Below, in pieces: positions 26,251 to 38,057 of a stretch of DNA of 64,000 bases. The notes beneath the pieces were generated by a model that had not been told where the DNA came from, did no database searches, and saw only the letters and a list, made by a program, of their open reading frames with translations. Numbering within the stretch: the first letter of the stretch is position 1; each line of letters starts with the position of its first letter. The stretch spans positions 32,986,001-33,050,000 of the forward strand of contig NC_086109.1 in NCBI RefSeq assembly GCF_963921235.1. The letters are read 5' to 3'. Source of the DNA: Mobula hypostoma (taxonomy: Eukaryota). The position numbers were made by a program, and so were the translations under genes.

Positions 26251-27712
26251 CTCACAATGCACTGGAGGAACTCAACAGGTCAGTCAGCATCAGTTGAAAA
26301 GATTAGTCGACGTTTCGGGCCGAAACCCTTCATCAGGACTGAAGGAAGAACTTTGAGGAGGGTTTGAAGAATGCTGGTAGTTGAAAAAAACAGTAATTTT
26401 AAAGACAAAGGGGTGGGGGAGGGGAAGCAGGGAGGTGATTGGCAGGAGAACAATGCGAAGTAGTAGAAGGAGGCGGAACTATGAGAGAGGTGATGTGAAA
26501 TAGGGATAGAGGAAGGGAAGGAGAGGGAATTACCAGAAGTTGGAGAATTCTATGTTCATACCAAGGAGCTGGAGACTACCTAGACGGTATATGAGGTCTT
26601 GCTCCTCCAACCTGAGTTTAGCCTCATCATGGCAGTAGAGGAGGCCATGTATGGACATATCTGAATGGGAATGGGAAGCAGAGTTGAAGTGGGTGGCTAC
26701 CGGGAGATCCCGTCTGTTGTGGCAGACGGAGCGGAGGTGCTCGACGAAGTGGTCCCCCAATCTGCGTCGGGTTTTACCGATGTAGAGGGGGCCGCACCAA
26801 GAGCACCGGATGCAACAGATGACCCCAACAGACTCACAAGTGAAGTGTTGTCTCACCTGGAAGTATTGTTTGGGGCCTTGAATGGTGGCAAGAGAGGAGG
26901 TGTAGGGACAGGTGTAGCACTTACGCTTACAGGGATAAGTGCCGGGTGGGAGATCCGTGGGGATGGACGTGCGGATAAGGGAGTCGCGGAGGGACCGATC
27001 CCTGTGGAAAGCGGAGAGGGGTGGAGAGGGAAAGGTGTGCTTAGTGGTGTGGTCCTGTTGAAGGTGGCGGAAGTTGCGGAGGATAATGTGCTGGATCTGG
27101 AGGCTGGTGGGGTGGTAGGTGAGGACAAGGGGAACTCTGTCCCTGTTGTGGTTGCGGGAGGATGGGGTGAGGGCCAAAGTGCGGGAAATGGAGGAGATGC
27201 GGGTGAGGGCATCATTGATGATGATAGAAGGGAAACCACGATCCTTAAAGAAAGAGGACATTTGAGATGTCCTGGAACGGAAAACCTCATCCTGGGAGCA
27301 GATGCGGCGGAGACGGAGGAACTGGGAATATGGAATGGCATTTTTGCATGTGGCGGGGTGGGAAGAGGTATAGTCGAGGTAGTTATGAGAGTCAGTGGGC
27401 TTGTAGAAGATGTCAGTGGACAGTCTGTCTCCAGAGATGGAGACCGAGACATCGAGAAAGGGCAGAGAAGTGTCAGAGATAGACCAAGGGAATTTGAGGG
27501 CTGGGTGGAAGTTTGAAGTAAAGTCCATGAAATTGATGAGCTCAGCATGGGTGCAGGAAGCAGCACCAATGTAGTCGTCAATGTATCGAAGGAAAAGTTG
27601 GGGAGCAGGTCAATATATCGAAACAGAAGTTGGGGAGCAGGTCAATGTATCGAAGGAAAAGTTGGGGAGCGTCAATGTATCGAAGGAAAAGTTGGGGAGC
27701 GACAATGTATTG
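26251..27712 (-). mobile_element. Penelope-like element (second subfamily), 5'-truncated, with an open RT-thumb plus GIY-YIG ORF (26530-27528, 332 aa)
   Basis: LPFLDV..YKPTDSHNYLDYTSSHP..CKRKCYTCP..FTCES.GVICCIRC..LYIGKT.RRL..EH..VATHF..RLEEQ..GMN; TSD aagggccta at 26242-26250 and 27713-27721. Confidence 0.95.
26305..26340 (-). ncRNA. Minimal type I hammerhead ribozyme with intact core
   Basis: AGUC-CUGAUGA-A-GGGUUUCGGCCC-GAAACGUC-GACU; core conserved although the flanks differ from the other subfamily. Confidence 0.85.
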
Positions 27713-27716
27713 AAGG
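27577..27716. repeat. 30-32 bp tandem repeat (4.5 copies) at the Penelope 5' truncation point
   Basis: Unit gtcaatgtatcgaaggaaaagttggggagc(ag), which reads APQLFLRYID on the minus strand. Confidence 0.9.
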
Positions 27717-27939
27717 GCCTAGTGACCTAGTGGTCTACTCCTGTTCCTATGCTCTTGTGTTCAAGGCATTGACTTTGGCGCCATGAAGGAAACAAAGAGG
27801 TCTGGTGGGTTAAGAATCATAACAGTGCACTCTAAAACATTATATTAATTACCCATAATTTAGTGTGAGAATCAAACAATGACCAAACATGAACAAGATA
27901 GTATTATTAATTTCAGAATTACTAGCCTTCATTTTAAAG

Positions 27940-28019
27940 CAGAAGTTCCCAACCATTTTTATGTCATGGACCCCTACCATTAACCGAGGGGTCTATGAAC
28001 CCCAGGTTTGGAACCCTTG
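27940..28019. mobile_element. 80-bp hAT (Charlie-type) MITE with a perfect 8-bp TSD
   Basis: cagaagttcccaac...tttggaacccttg; TSD ttttaaag at 27932-27939 and 28020-28027. Confidence 0.85.
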
Positions 28020-29564
28020 TTTTAAAGGCCTAACTTATGGATATGATTCTTGTTCTTAAGTAAAACTTACTATTAAGAGAAAGTTATTATTTCTAGATTT
28101 TTGATTCAATTCAAAAAACATGTATACTGTGCTAGATACTGCAAGGACAAATTGATGTCTAATGACAACCTATTCCTCCCCCCATCCCCCAGCAGAGATT
28201 TTGAGATGTCCTAGTTAATTGTATAACTAATAAATTAGCCTTCAGCTCCAGTTTATTGTATGAATGATCCTCTGTATGCAGTTATCTATCTTGTTAGCTA
28301 AGCAATCAATGTGCCTACAATAGGATTCCAGAAGTTAGAAATGAATTAATGGCCAAATAATTTTCATTGGTAGTGTTTGTTCCATGTTGAATGTCAGCTA
28401 AGACATCAAGGGAATTCTCTGTTCATTAAATAATGCTTGCCATCATGTCTGATGTTAACAACATTTCCATTAATGGGGCCAGGCAGCTGTACAGGCAGCA
28501 GAGTTAGTGTGTGGTCCACATATACAGACATTAACCAACGTTTTCAGTAGGAGGGTCAAGGGCTCCATAAATGTACAAGCTGCCAGAATAGAAAGAGAGA
28601 GAGGGGGAAAGGGAAATGTCTTTTTGCTCTGTTTAAGCATGTCTTTTCTTCCCTCCTTGTGCTTTTTGATTATCTATATGTCTATAATATTCAAAATACA
28701 ACAATGAATAGGCTCTGTATGTCTGGTTACTATATCCAAAGCCTTTGCAAATGCTAATAATCAGAAGCTGTTGAGTTAAAAGAGCACTTTAAATATCCAA
28801 ACAAAGTTCAACTATAATGAAGCCCTGCATAATGTCTGAAGGATTGATTTGATTACATATGACATTTCATGACAATGCACCATTAGCTTTATTTTAAATA
28901 AAGGAAGACAGGTGGAGAGGTTTGTATTTTCCCAACTTAAATGTGATTTTACTTTAAATTTGTAATTCTATGCATACTGCCTACCAATGTGAAAGCCCTA
29001 AGTGTAATTGTATTTGATCACTTGAAATGCAATTTAAAATTGTCACTTAATCTCATCGCTGCTTCTGGGAAATTAGTAGCTAATAAGTTCTTCCTTTACT
29101 TTTGAGTACACTTCAAAAGTCTTCGATTGGTTGTGAAGTCACTTGCTACATAAGACTGTGAATGATATTTTCTTTGGCATCACAAATAAAAAAAAGTCTA
29201 AAAATGCTTCAAAAGAATACAAAAGATCTGGTTTTAAAGTAAATTCAGAGTGTATTTTCTTACACAAGGAGTTGCTAAGAATTTGGAACTTACTACCAGA
29301 TGGGATCATTGGGATAGATCTTGGATTGATCACCACCCACCTGTATTCACCGGGCAAAATGCAAAGGGCAGATCTCACTGACACCCAGTGAATGGAGTCC
29401 AGACAGGAAAGTTTAGTAGTGTAGACAGGAAAGCGGTCTCAGTGATGTGTGGTGAGGCCCTTGGCTTTGCAAGAGACTGCCAGATCGGTGAAGCTTGGAA
29501 GTTGACAGAACGTGAAGCTGGGTGTGGAGTTTTGATGGGAGCTTCACTTCTTCATTGAATCAAG

Positions 29565-29985
29565 AAGTGGGTAGTGGGTAGTGGCTCCATATGTCACTAC
29601 CACAGGGTGTGACGACCCTCCCTTACACGAGTCCCGGGTTCAGCTGGCTCCGGCTGACAGTACCCGGTATGGTTCCCTATCCAGGGTTACCGATCCCACT
29701 GCCCTGTGGGTATATTTGGGAGAAGAGAAGGCTAAGGAGTAAACCCTACACAAATCCAGAGTGCAGCCCCTAAGGCGGTTGGATGACGTATCACGTCACC
29801 TCCCGACAGCTCCTGCAGCCAAGCTGATGCCAAATGTACTGCTTCACTTTCCTTTGGACCACATCCGCGAGGCCGAGAGGGGGATCTTGATGTCTGGGCA
29901 GCCCAGGATCTCCATATTTATCGCCCAGGTCTGAGCCCCGGAATGGGCGCATCCATTGTCTACTTAGAGAGACGGAGCCATGGTG
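29565..29985 (+). mobile_element. ~420-bp short non-autonomous retroposon with an RTE-like 5' UTR, copy 2
   Basis: TSD attgaatcaag at 29554-29564 and 29986-29996; same ends as the copy at 7020. Confidence 0.8.
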
Positions 29986-31959
29986 ATTGAATCAAGTAGG
30001 GATTTCAGTCCTGCATCAGCAGCAACTGTTATCAAGTTACAGAGCGACTTCCCTAGTCTAATACTGGCTAAATACAGGAAAACCTGGTTCCAAAACTAAA
30101 CTTTCATTATATCTAGGTGTTTGCCACAGCCAGCTGGAATTATTCCATTAAGATGAATGGAACAGATATATTTCAACAAGGAGATACAACAGTGAATGGG
30201 GGAGAAGGGGTAGAAAGGAAAAGGATGCACACACCAACGAGACCAGTCTGTGCTGTATATTCATTTGAAGCACATGTAAGTTGGGGAGGGGCGTGTTGTG
30301 TTCAGAGCCACTGTTCATACTTCAATATTCACATATAACAAATCAACAGCCTCAGCTCAACAAAATGGAATTAAATATTTCTTCTTTTAAAACTCAAGGT
30401 AAAGAAGTGGCAAATATTGATGGGGGCACTGTTAATGTCTAATATGCATTCTATCACACTTTGCAGCGAATGCAGGTCCCAGTCTAATACGATAAGACTG
30501 GCCCATGCACCTGACTAGCCGATGGCTCCACGGAGGACAGCTCTTTGGTTGCAGTGTGTACTGTGGTGCAGTCCACATTTCTGCAGCTACACACTTCAAA
30601 GTAGAATCCAGAAACCCCATGGACGTCAGATGTAAGTCTGCCTGACCTCTCATTCCACTTTAGACTCAATGTACCATCAGTAAGGTCCATCTTATACCAT
30701 GCTCCTATACTCTATGCATTCATAGCTGGCACATCTCAAGGAGCCATGTTCATGTGAATTTGGTTTACCAATCTCCATTTCAATGAATATTTCATTTAAT
30801 TTTTTATATTTAACTCTATATTCATGTTATGCATGTATTCAGATCAGCTAAACATGCATTTTTAATTATTAATTTTTTTCCAGCTTCTCCAAGGGTGTCT
30901 GCTCATTAAAAACATTCTGAAAGAGTGAAAAGGCCTTCAGCTACAAACAAATCACATTTATTAGGGTAGTCCATGGACAGGACTTGCGTTCCAGTGTCTG
31001 TAGCTTCACATTCTAACCAGTGAAACATCCGTGGCAAGATGTGACGTTTGTTGTATCAAGTATAATGCAACGACTGCAAACATTGTATCAATGCCTTCAA
31101 ACAACACAGTCACAAGGTACATATCTTAGCCATCTACTCATTAATCACTTCTCTCCTTTTGAGCTTTTGCATCTGACTGGGTCAGATACACTTACGTTCT
31201 GGCAAGGATTTGTTTATGGAAAGCATGCACAAACCACACTGGCCTTAACTAAGCAACAGACATTTATTTACAACCAGGTATTTGGCAGAATTCTGTTTAA
31301 AAAGCATGCAAAGCCTCTCAGGTATTTCCGTATTTCCACATATTTTATCAACAAAAAGTCAGTATAATCTACAATTTACATTTCTTTATTCACTGCTATA
31401 AAAATATTTTTAACTCTTAAAGGAGACTGTACTTCCATTTGTCTATTCATTGTAGCTTTGAATGAAGCTTTGCAATAATGGACTCAGTCCCCATTGCCAT
31501 CCTCTTAAAGGCTGCACAACATTGAAAAGATCATCTCTGCCTTATCAGAGTAACAATTGACATTTGTAAGCACAGATCTAAAAGAATGTTTTAATTTACC
31601 ATTGTTGTAGGCTGTCTACAATTGCCTTTTAATATCTTTTCTTTCAGGATATATTCATTGGTAGGAATGATATTCTTTGTAAACTGAATATACACACATA
31701 CAGAAATACACAAAATAATCAAATGAGTATTTTTCATAATTTTATTTTGTAATTAGTTCTTAACCATCCAGGACAGTGGGAGGGAACTCCTCCATTGATG
31801 GTGCAAATACATAGATAATCCAACATCAAGGGTGGCATAGTTGCTATTTTGTTGAACGTTATTTATTGAATAACTCAATTCTGATTGGTTGACTTGTTTT
31901 TTATATCCAGTAGTTCTTCCTTGCACTTGCAAGAATAGCTTATCATTCTCAAGGACGAG

Positions 31960-32580
31960 GCATCTGGCTGATTTGTATATCTGTATGGCACCTCACATGG
32001 TCTATACACACCAGCTCTGTGGTGAAAAAGGCACAACAGCACCTCTTTCACCTCAGACAGTTGAAGAAGTTTGGTATGGGCCCCCAGATCCTAAGAACTT
32101 TCTACAGGGGTACAACTGAGAGCATCCTGACTGGCTGCATCACTGCCTCTTATGGGAACTGTACTTCCCTCAATCTCAGTACTCTGCAGAAAGTGGTGCG
32201 GACAACCCAGCGCATCTGTCCACTATTCCGGACATTTACAGAGACAAGTGTGTAAAAAGGGCCTGAAGGGTCATTGGGACCTGAGTCACCCGAACCACAA
32301 ACTGTTCCAGCTGCTACCATCCAGGAAACGATACCGCAGCATTAAAGCGTGGACCAACAGGCTCCAGGAAGTTTCTTCCACTAGGCCAACAGACTGATTA
32401 ATTCATGCTGACACAATTGTATTCCTAAGGTATATTGACTGTTCTGTTGTATATCTTATTGTACATACTATTTATTACAAATTACTACAATTTTCACATT
32501 GCACATTCAGACGGCGATGTAACGTAAAGATTGTTGCTCCTTATGTATGTGAAGGATGTAAGAAATAAAGTCATTTTAAT
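31960..32580 (+). mobile_element. Rex1/Babar LINE 3' fragment
   Basis: VKKAQQHLFHLRQLKKFG..ESILTGCITASYG..HPNHKLFQLLPSRKRYRS. Confidence 0.85.
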
Positions 32581-33898
32581 TCATCTGAACAAACGTGAAG
32601 GCTGCATTGTGAAAAACACTCTATTGTTAAATCAGGTCCTCCTCCTCGTCCTCTCCTTTCCTCAAAACACTGTGGCCTACCCATATTCACATCATACAAT
32701 GACATTACCAGAAAATAATCAATATCTAAACCTGTGACAGGTTTTGACTGCCTACTCCTCATTACTTACTGTGTTAATATTTCTGGAGGTGAGGGTCAGG
32801 CAGATTTTGCTTGCCCTCCGCCAATGTTCACTCCTCCCTTCACAAATCTGAGATTGTGAGACTGCTCCAGCTGCTGTGCTTCATGTCTGCGAGGATTGCG
32901 GTGACTTGCCCCGCTAATATGATGAATTGAGACCGAGGCTTTCGGCCTACGCTGGGCTGTAGTGTCTTATCGTATATCACACACACAGAGTGTCAGTCCT
33001 TCTCTGATACAATGTTTAGAGAGTTGATTTCTTTGCTGCCAATTTCTATCCAGAAGAAACAGGGAAGACCTTCTTTCTTTGGACAGGATCGGGATGTACC
33101 ACACTGGCTTTGTCTTAGGTACCCATGTCAAAATGTCTGTAAGTGGAATCATGGTGATAAATAAAGTCTGCCGCCTACCATTCAAAGGCAAAATATTCAC
33201 GTTGCTTTAAACAACCATTCTCTTTGAGACAGCCCCTTAAGGAGAGTTAAGCAACCAAAATTTATGATCCTTATTTATACAGCAGTCATGCAAGAAATTC
33301 TACATGCTATTACCGTGCAAAGAAAACAGCATGAGTTCTCCACTCAACACATTTTAGGATACTTTATTTCCATTTGTACCTAAAATATCCTTTTATGACT
33401 CGTCTTGTAAACTGGAATTTGATTTCATATAACTTGTCATTCAGTTAAGCTCCACAATAAGTTTAGTGTTTTGACGGAATTAGATGGAATTCAGAAACAA
33501 ATTACAGTTGAAAAATAAAATATGTGGCATAACATTCGGAGTATTGATTGTGGCTGATGAAATATTTGAGTCTATTTATTTCTCTGCTCCAGACACTCTT
33601 CAGTTAATGGATCTTTAAACTTCTTTCAGATTTCAAATTTAAAATAAGAAGCTCTTCTATGTGAACTAATAGTTCTCCGATATAATAATTTTTCATAATC
33701 ATATTTTCACACGAGGTCAAGGAAGCAAACCACAAGGTGGGTATCCTACAGGAGAGTGATCTCGAACTGAGGTTAGTTTACTATCATTATTTAAAAATGC
33801 AAACACGAGGAATTCTGCAGATGCTGGAAATTCAAGCAACACACATCAAAGTTGCTGGTGAACGCAGCAGGCCAGGCAGCATCTCTAGGAAGAGGTGC

Positions 33899-33934
33899 AG
33901 TCGACGTTTCAGGCCAAGACCCTTCGTCAGGACT
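33899..33934 (-). ncRNA. Minimal hammerhead ribozyme
   Basis: AGUC-CUGACGA-AGGGUCUUGGCCU-GAAACGUC-GACU. Confidence 0.75.
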
Positions 33935-34672
33935 AACTGAAGGAAGAGTTAGTAAGAGGTTTGAAAGTGGGAGGGGGAGATCCAAAATGATAGGAGAAGA
34001 CAGAAGGGGGAGGGATGGAGCCAAGAGCTGGACAGTTGATTGGCAAAAGGGATATGAGAGGATCATGGGACAGGACGCCTAGGGAGAAAGAAAAGGGGGA
34101 GGGGGGTCTTCTATATATTGGTGAGACCTGACGCAGACTGGGAGATCGTTTCACTGAACACCTACGCTCCACCCACCAGAGAAACCAGGATCTCCCAGCG
34201 GCCACTCATTTTAATTCCACGTCCCATTCCCATTCTGATATGTCTATCCACGGCCTCCTCTACTGTAAAGATGAAGCCACACTCAGGTTGGAGGAACAGC
34301 ACCTTATATTCCGTCTGGATAGCCTTCAACCTGATGGCATGAACATTGACTTCTCAAACTTCCGCTAATGCCCCACCTCCCCCCCGTACCCCATCCGTTA
34401 TTTATTTATATACCCACATTCTTTTTCTCTCTCTCTCTTTTCTCCCCTCCCTCTGTCCCTCTCGCTATACCCTTTGCCCATCCTCTGGGTTTTCCCCCCC
34501 TCCCCCTTTTCTTTCTCCCTGAGCCTCCTGTCCCATGATCCTCTCATATCCCCTTTGCCAATCACCTGTCCAGCTCTTGGCTCCATCCCTCCCCCTCCTG
34601 TCTTCTCCTATCATTTTGGATCTCCCCCTCCCCCTCCCACTTTCAAATCTCTTACTAACTCTTCCTTCAGTT

Positions 34673-34708
34673 AGTCCTGACGAAGGGTCTCGGCCCGAAA
34701 CATCGACT
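34673..34708 (+). ncRNA. Minimal hammerhead ribozyme with a mutated stem III palindrome
   Basis: AGUC-CUGACGA-AGGGUCUCGGCCC-GAAACAUC-GACU. Confidence 0.7.
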
Positions 34709-35312
34709 GTACCTCTTCCTAGAGATGCTGCCCAGCCTGCTGCGTTCACCAGCAACTTTGATGTGTGTTAGTATTATTATTATTATTTTCTTTTAGATTA
34801 TGTATTGCATTGAATTGCTGCTGCTAAGTTAACAAATTTCACCTCACATGCTGTTGATAATGAACCTGATTCTGATTCTGACTATGCAATGCAGCTCAGG
34901 GGAAACCTCTAGTGGTGACAGACGATACATTCACTTTTAAAGAGCTAAATCCTAACTGGCTCAGTTACAGTAAATAATAATTTACTTTGTGTAAACTTGA
35001 TCAGGTTTTTAAGCTTTAATTAAGTATGATGTGAGTATGCTAAATAGCTAAGTAATAATTTGACCTCATCATCTTGTATGTTATTGATGAAATATTTATA
35101 TAAATTAAATGTTATTATCATAATGAAATGGCAGCAGCAACTTTTAAAATACAGCTCTCATTACCCACTCTCCATTTGGCTGCTATCAGATTGAATCAGA
35201 CTTCATGCATCTCCTCCAAAGTTTTCTTTCCTCCATCTCTTATTCTCCATCTCAAAGAATACCTCCACAAAAAAGTTACATATTTCAAGTCCACCACACT
35301 GAGCACTGATTA

Positions 35313-35831
35313 AGGCTGATTTATACTTGTGTGTCAACTCGACGCCGTAACCTACGCAAGTGACCTACTCGCGTTGTGAGCATTTATACTTGTGCGTTGG
35401 TGTGTCTGCGTCGCTCTGCAATTCAGGCACATTGCATATGCGCACACACCTGCCCGTGCAAGGCTTCGTGGTCGTGGTAGTCTTTCTCAGGGTAAACAAG
35501 TTTAAAGGGAACGTCTTTTTTCGGAAAAGCGAAATGTGTCCTCCATAATTTGGGAGGTCTGTAAAGCTTTATGGAAAGCATTGCAGCCAGAGTTCCTTCC
35601 CTGGCCTTCAGTCGGCCAATGAGAAGCTATTGCAGCATAGGAGGAAATGCGATGCTATCAAGCAGACCAATCACAGTTGTTGGGGTCTGCATTGCTGCGA
35701 CGCGCAGTTACATTTTGGGAGAGGTGCGCGTCAGGCTACGGTGTAGGGAGGGATCCGTGTAGGCTCTGTGTAGGGTTCACGGCAACGCCGTACCTACAGC
35801 GTCGAGTTGACACACAAGTATAAATTAGCCT
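35313..35831. mobile_element. PIF/Harbinger-like MITE
   Basis: ~33-bp TIR aggctgatttatacttgtgtgtcaactcgacgc / gcgtcgagttgacacacaagtataaattagcct; flanks tta/tca (TWA-type TSD with one mismatch). Confidence 0.8.
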
Positions 35832-35946
35832 TCAGTGTCTTTGTTACCTGTAGATCTCATAATTCCACTTCTTTTTCCTTTCATTGTACTCTGGAGTTCT
35901 GCTTTTCACAAATGAAATGCATCCAAAACTACACATATTTATAATA

Positions 35947-36278
35947 ACAACATACATCAAAGTTGCTGGTGAACGCAGCAGGCCAAGCAGCATCTATAGG
36001 AAGAGGCGCAGTCGACGTTTCAGGCCGAGACCCTTCGTCAGGACTAACTGAAGGAAGAGTGAGTAAGGGATTTGAAAGCTGGAGGGGGAGGGGGAGATGC
36101 AAAATGATAGGAGAGGATCTAAACTTCTTCGGTGTAGGCATCACCGGAAGAGGCTTCGCAGTAGTGAATTTAAACGTAAACAACAGGAATTCTGCAGATG
36201 CTGGAAATTCAAGCAACATACATCAAAGTTGCTGGTGAACGCAGCAGGCCAAGCAGCATCTATAGGAAGAGGCGCAGT
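35947..36278 (-). mobile_element. 332-bp Penelope-derived mini-element with 65-bp identical terminal direct repeats (retrozyme-like)
   Basis: 35948-36012 is identical to 36214-36278; TSD tttataata at 35938-35946 and 36279-36287; contains one hammerhead. Confidence 0.85.
36010..36045 (-). ncRNA. Minimal hammerhead ribozyme
   Basis: AGUC-CUGACGA-AGGGUCUCGGCCU-GAAACGUC-GACU. Confidence 0.8.
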
Positions 36279-36699
36279 TTTATAATATCTTCTTTTGTAT
36301 CAGTGTGGCATCCATTCCCCCCACCTCCCTCCAACTGCACGCCACCTCCCCCATGTGGCTGAGCTTTATAAACTTCCTATCAAGTTTAAATTCCTTCTGG
36401 CCATGTCTTTCTTCAGGCTACAAACTCCTTTAGCCTCTTTGGAAGTTTGGTTGATTGCCAAGTTTGGCAAAATGTTTGCTGAAGTTTTGGCTCCAATCGA
36501 GAAGCCATCATCAGTGCTTTTTCAATTGGAGCTAAAACATCAGCAATCATTATGCCAACCCGACCCAAGCTAACCTGAGCTCCCAATATTCCCCTATATT
36601 ACTTTTGCCTCTGTTGTGTGAAATCAGGTTCACTGAGTGGGGACAGAAGACACTCACCACCGGTAACTAGCTTAACTAGGCGAGCTACCAGAAAAATAT

Positions 36700-38057
36700 G
36701 GACAGCCATAAATAGACTCAGAAGTTGACACGCCAAAACAGTACAAACACTACACCAATGGCGGACCCAACAAACCTCTGCTTGTTCCTGTGGTGCCCCA
36801 ACACAGGATGTTCTCCACCTGGTCCAAACATGTCTCTCTCGCCAAGATCCAAGATGGCTTTGCTGCGGTCCATTGATGCGGCCACAAGTTGGAGGTGTGG
36901 CTTGACAAAAAACAATTAGAAGTGTGAACAGGACAAGGCAGACACTAAATAATAAGTAAATCCTTTGAGTTACACTCAGTTACAAATACTTACCTAAACT
37001 GAGCATCCAAAGTGGTAGGACAAAACAGACAATAAAAATACACACAGTGACAATTACTTATCTAAAGTGCGCACAAAGGCCCTATCTGTTTACCGTTTCC
37101 ATGGCACCACTGATCAGCCTGTACCAACCGGGAGAGTGAAAAGAGGCTGCATGGTTTCTGCAGCCTCACAACCAACCATCCTTCCACCTGCAGTTCAATC
37201 CCACAAATACAATCAACCTAACATTCCTCCTTGGATATTTCCTTTCCACCAGCTGATGGTGGTGGTGTCGGGCCTGCATAGGGAGACACCACTCAGCCTA
37301 TACCCAGCTAATAAGACTCACTTACCCCTCATTTCTAACTCCTCACCTGCAGCCTATTTAAACCCAGCTCTCATCCACAATCCTTGTTAACCTATCAAAC
37401 CAGTCAGCCTCAACCAGTTGCTTCTGGCTTCAGCTGTGTTATTGCCTGTGCGTTCACCAGCAACTTTGATGTGTGTTGTCTTATTGCCTGTGGTGTTTAG
37501 TATCTGTTCTCTCTCGTTTTGTGGCCCATTATGGCTTGTTATTTTCACAGTTTATTATTAAAGTTATCATTTATCGCTAAGCTGTCTCCATTATTTTGTT
37601 TCTGGGTCAAGCCTCCTCTCCATTTTTTGACAGGATGGGTGAACTGGATGACAAAGTGAGAGTTGTGAGTAGAGAGCCGGGGTAAACCAAGATGAGAGGA
37701 GAGTTGGGAGAGCCGACAACAGGGATTGGATGCCAGCGCTGTGTTCTCCGATGCTCACGTGCATAGAGTACACAGTTGCACAATCGACTTCCTCCAGGGC
37801 AACACCCCTCCCCGAAGTCATCTGTTCTCCCTTTCACCCAAGCTATGAATGACTATGTTGCTGAAGCGGTACAGCACAGCATCATTCAACCATCCCGGTC
37901 CCTAGCTGGTGCAGGATTCTTCTTTGTCAAAAAGAAAGCTGGGTGTCTTTATCCCTGCATTAACTACTGTGGACTCTATAACTGCTACCCTCTCCCCTTG
38001 ATGAATAGCTCATTTAAAACACTCCGCACCACGCAGATCTTTACCAGGCAGTCTTAA
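36700..38057 (+). mobile_element. Ty3/Gypsy LTR retrotransposon relics (integrase-like scrap, LTR-like segment, RT fragment)
   Basis: 37776-38057 reads IIQPSRSLAGAGFFFVKKKAGCLYPCINY..YPLPLM..IFT, a Gypsy RT start. An LTR-like segment with cctatttaaa and attaaa ends in tgaca at ~37631. Confidence 0.7.

Larger units (their letters stand above)
33799..34769. mobile_element. Penelope-like insertion: inverted minus-strand pseudo-LTR (33799-34105) plus plus-strand 3' body (34106-34769)
   Basis: LYIGET..GIY-YIG end plus two divergently oriented pseudo-LTRs; no clear TSD. Confidence 0.9.

Noticed and set aside
26665..27581. 283-aa (+) and 242-aa (-) ORFs
   Set aside because: Antisense and alternative-frame shadows of the Penelope ORF.
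27577..27716. CRISPR-like array of ~30-bp repeats
   Set aside because: There are no spacers; the units are a tandem stutter of Penelope RT sequence in a vertebrate genome.
30467..30631. Ig C1-like, TIMM17-like or WH1-like resemblance in different frames
   Set aside because: Only a few scattered identities, stops in all three frames, and inconsistent exon boundaries.
33056..33139. SHISA4-like motif EDxxxLDRxGxxHxGF (SHISA4 neighbours LMOD1 in mammals)
   Set aside because: The diagnostic Shisa cysteines and the CCG/RYCC motifs are absent, and the position relative to LMOD1 differs from what I recall; likely coincidence.
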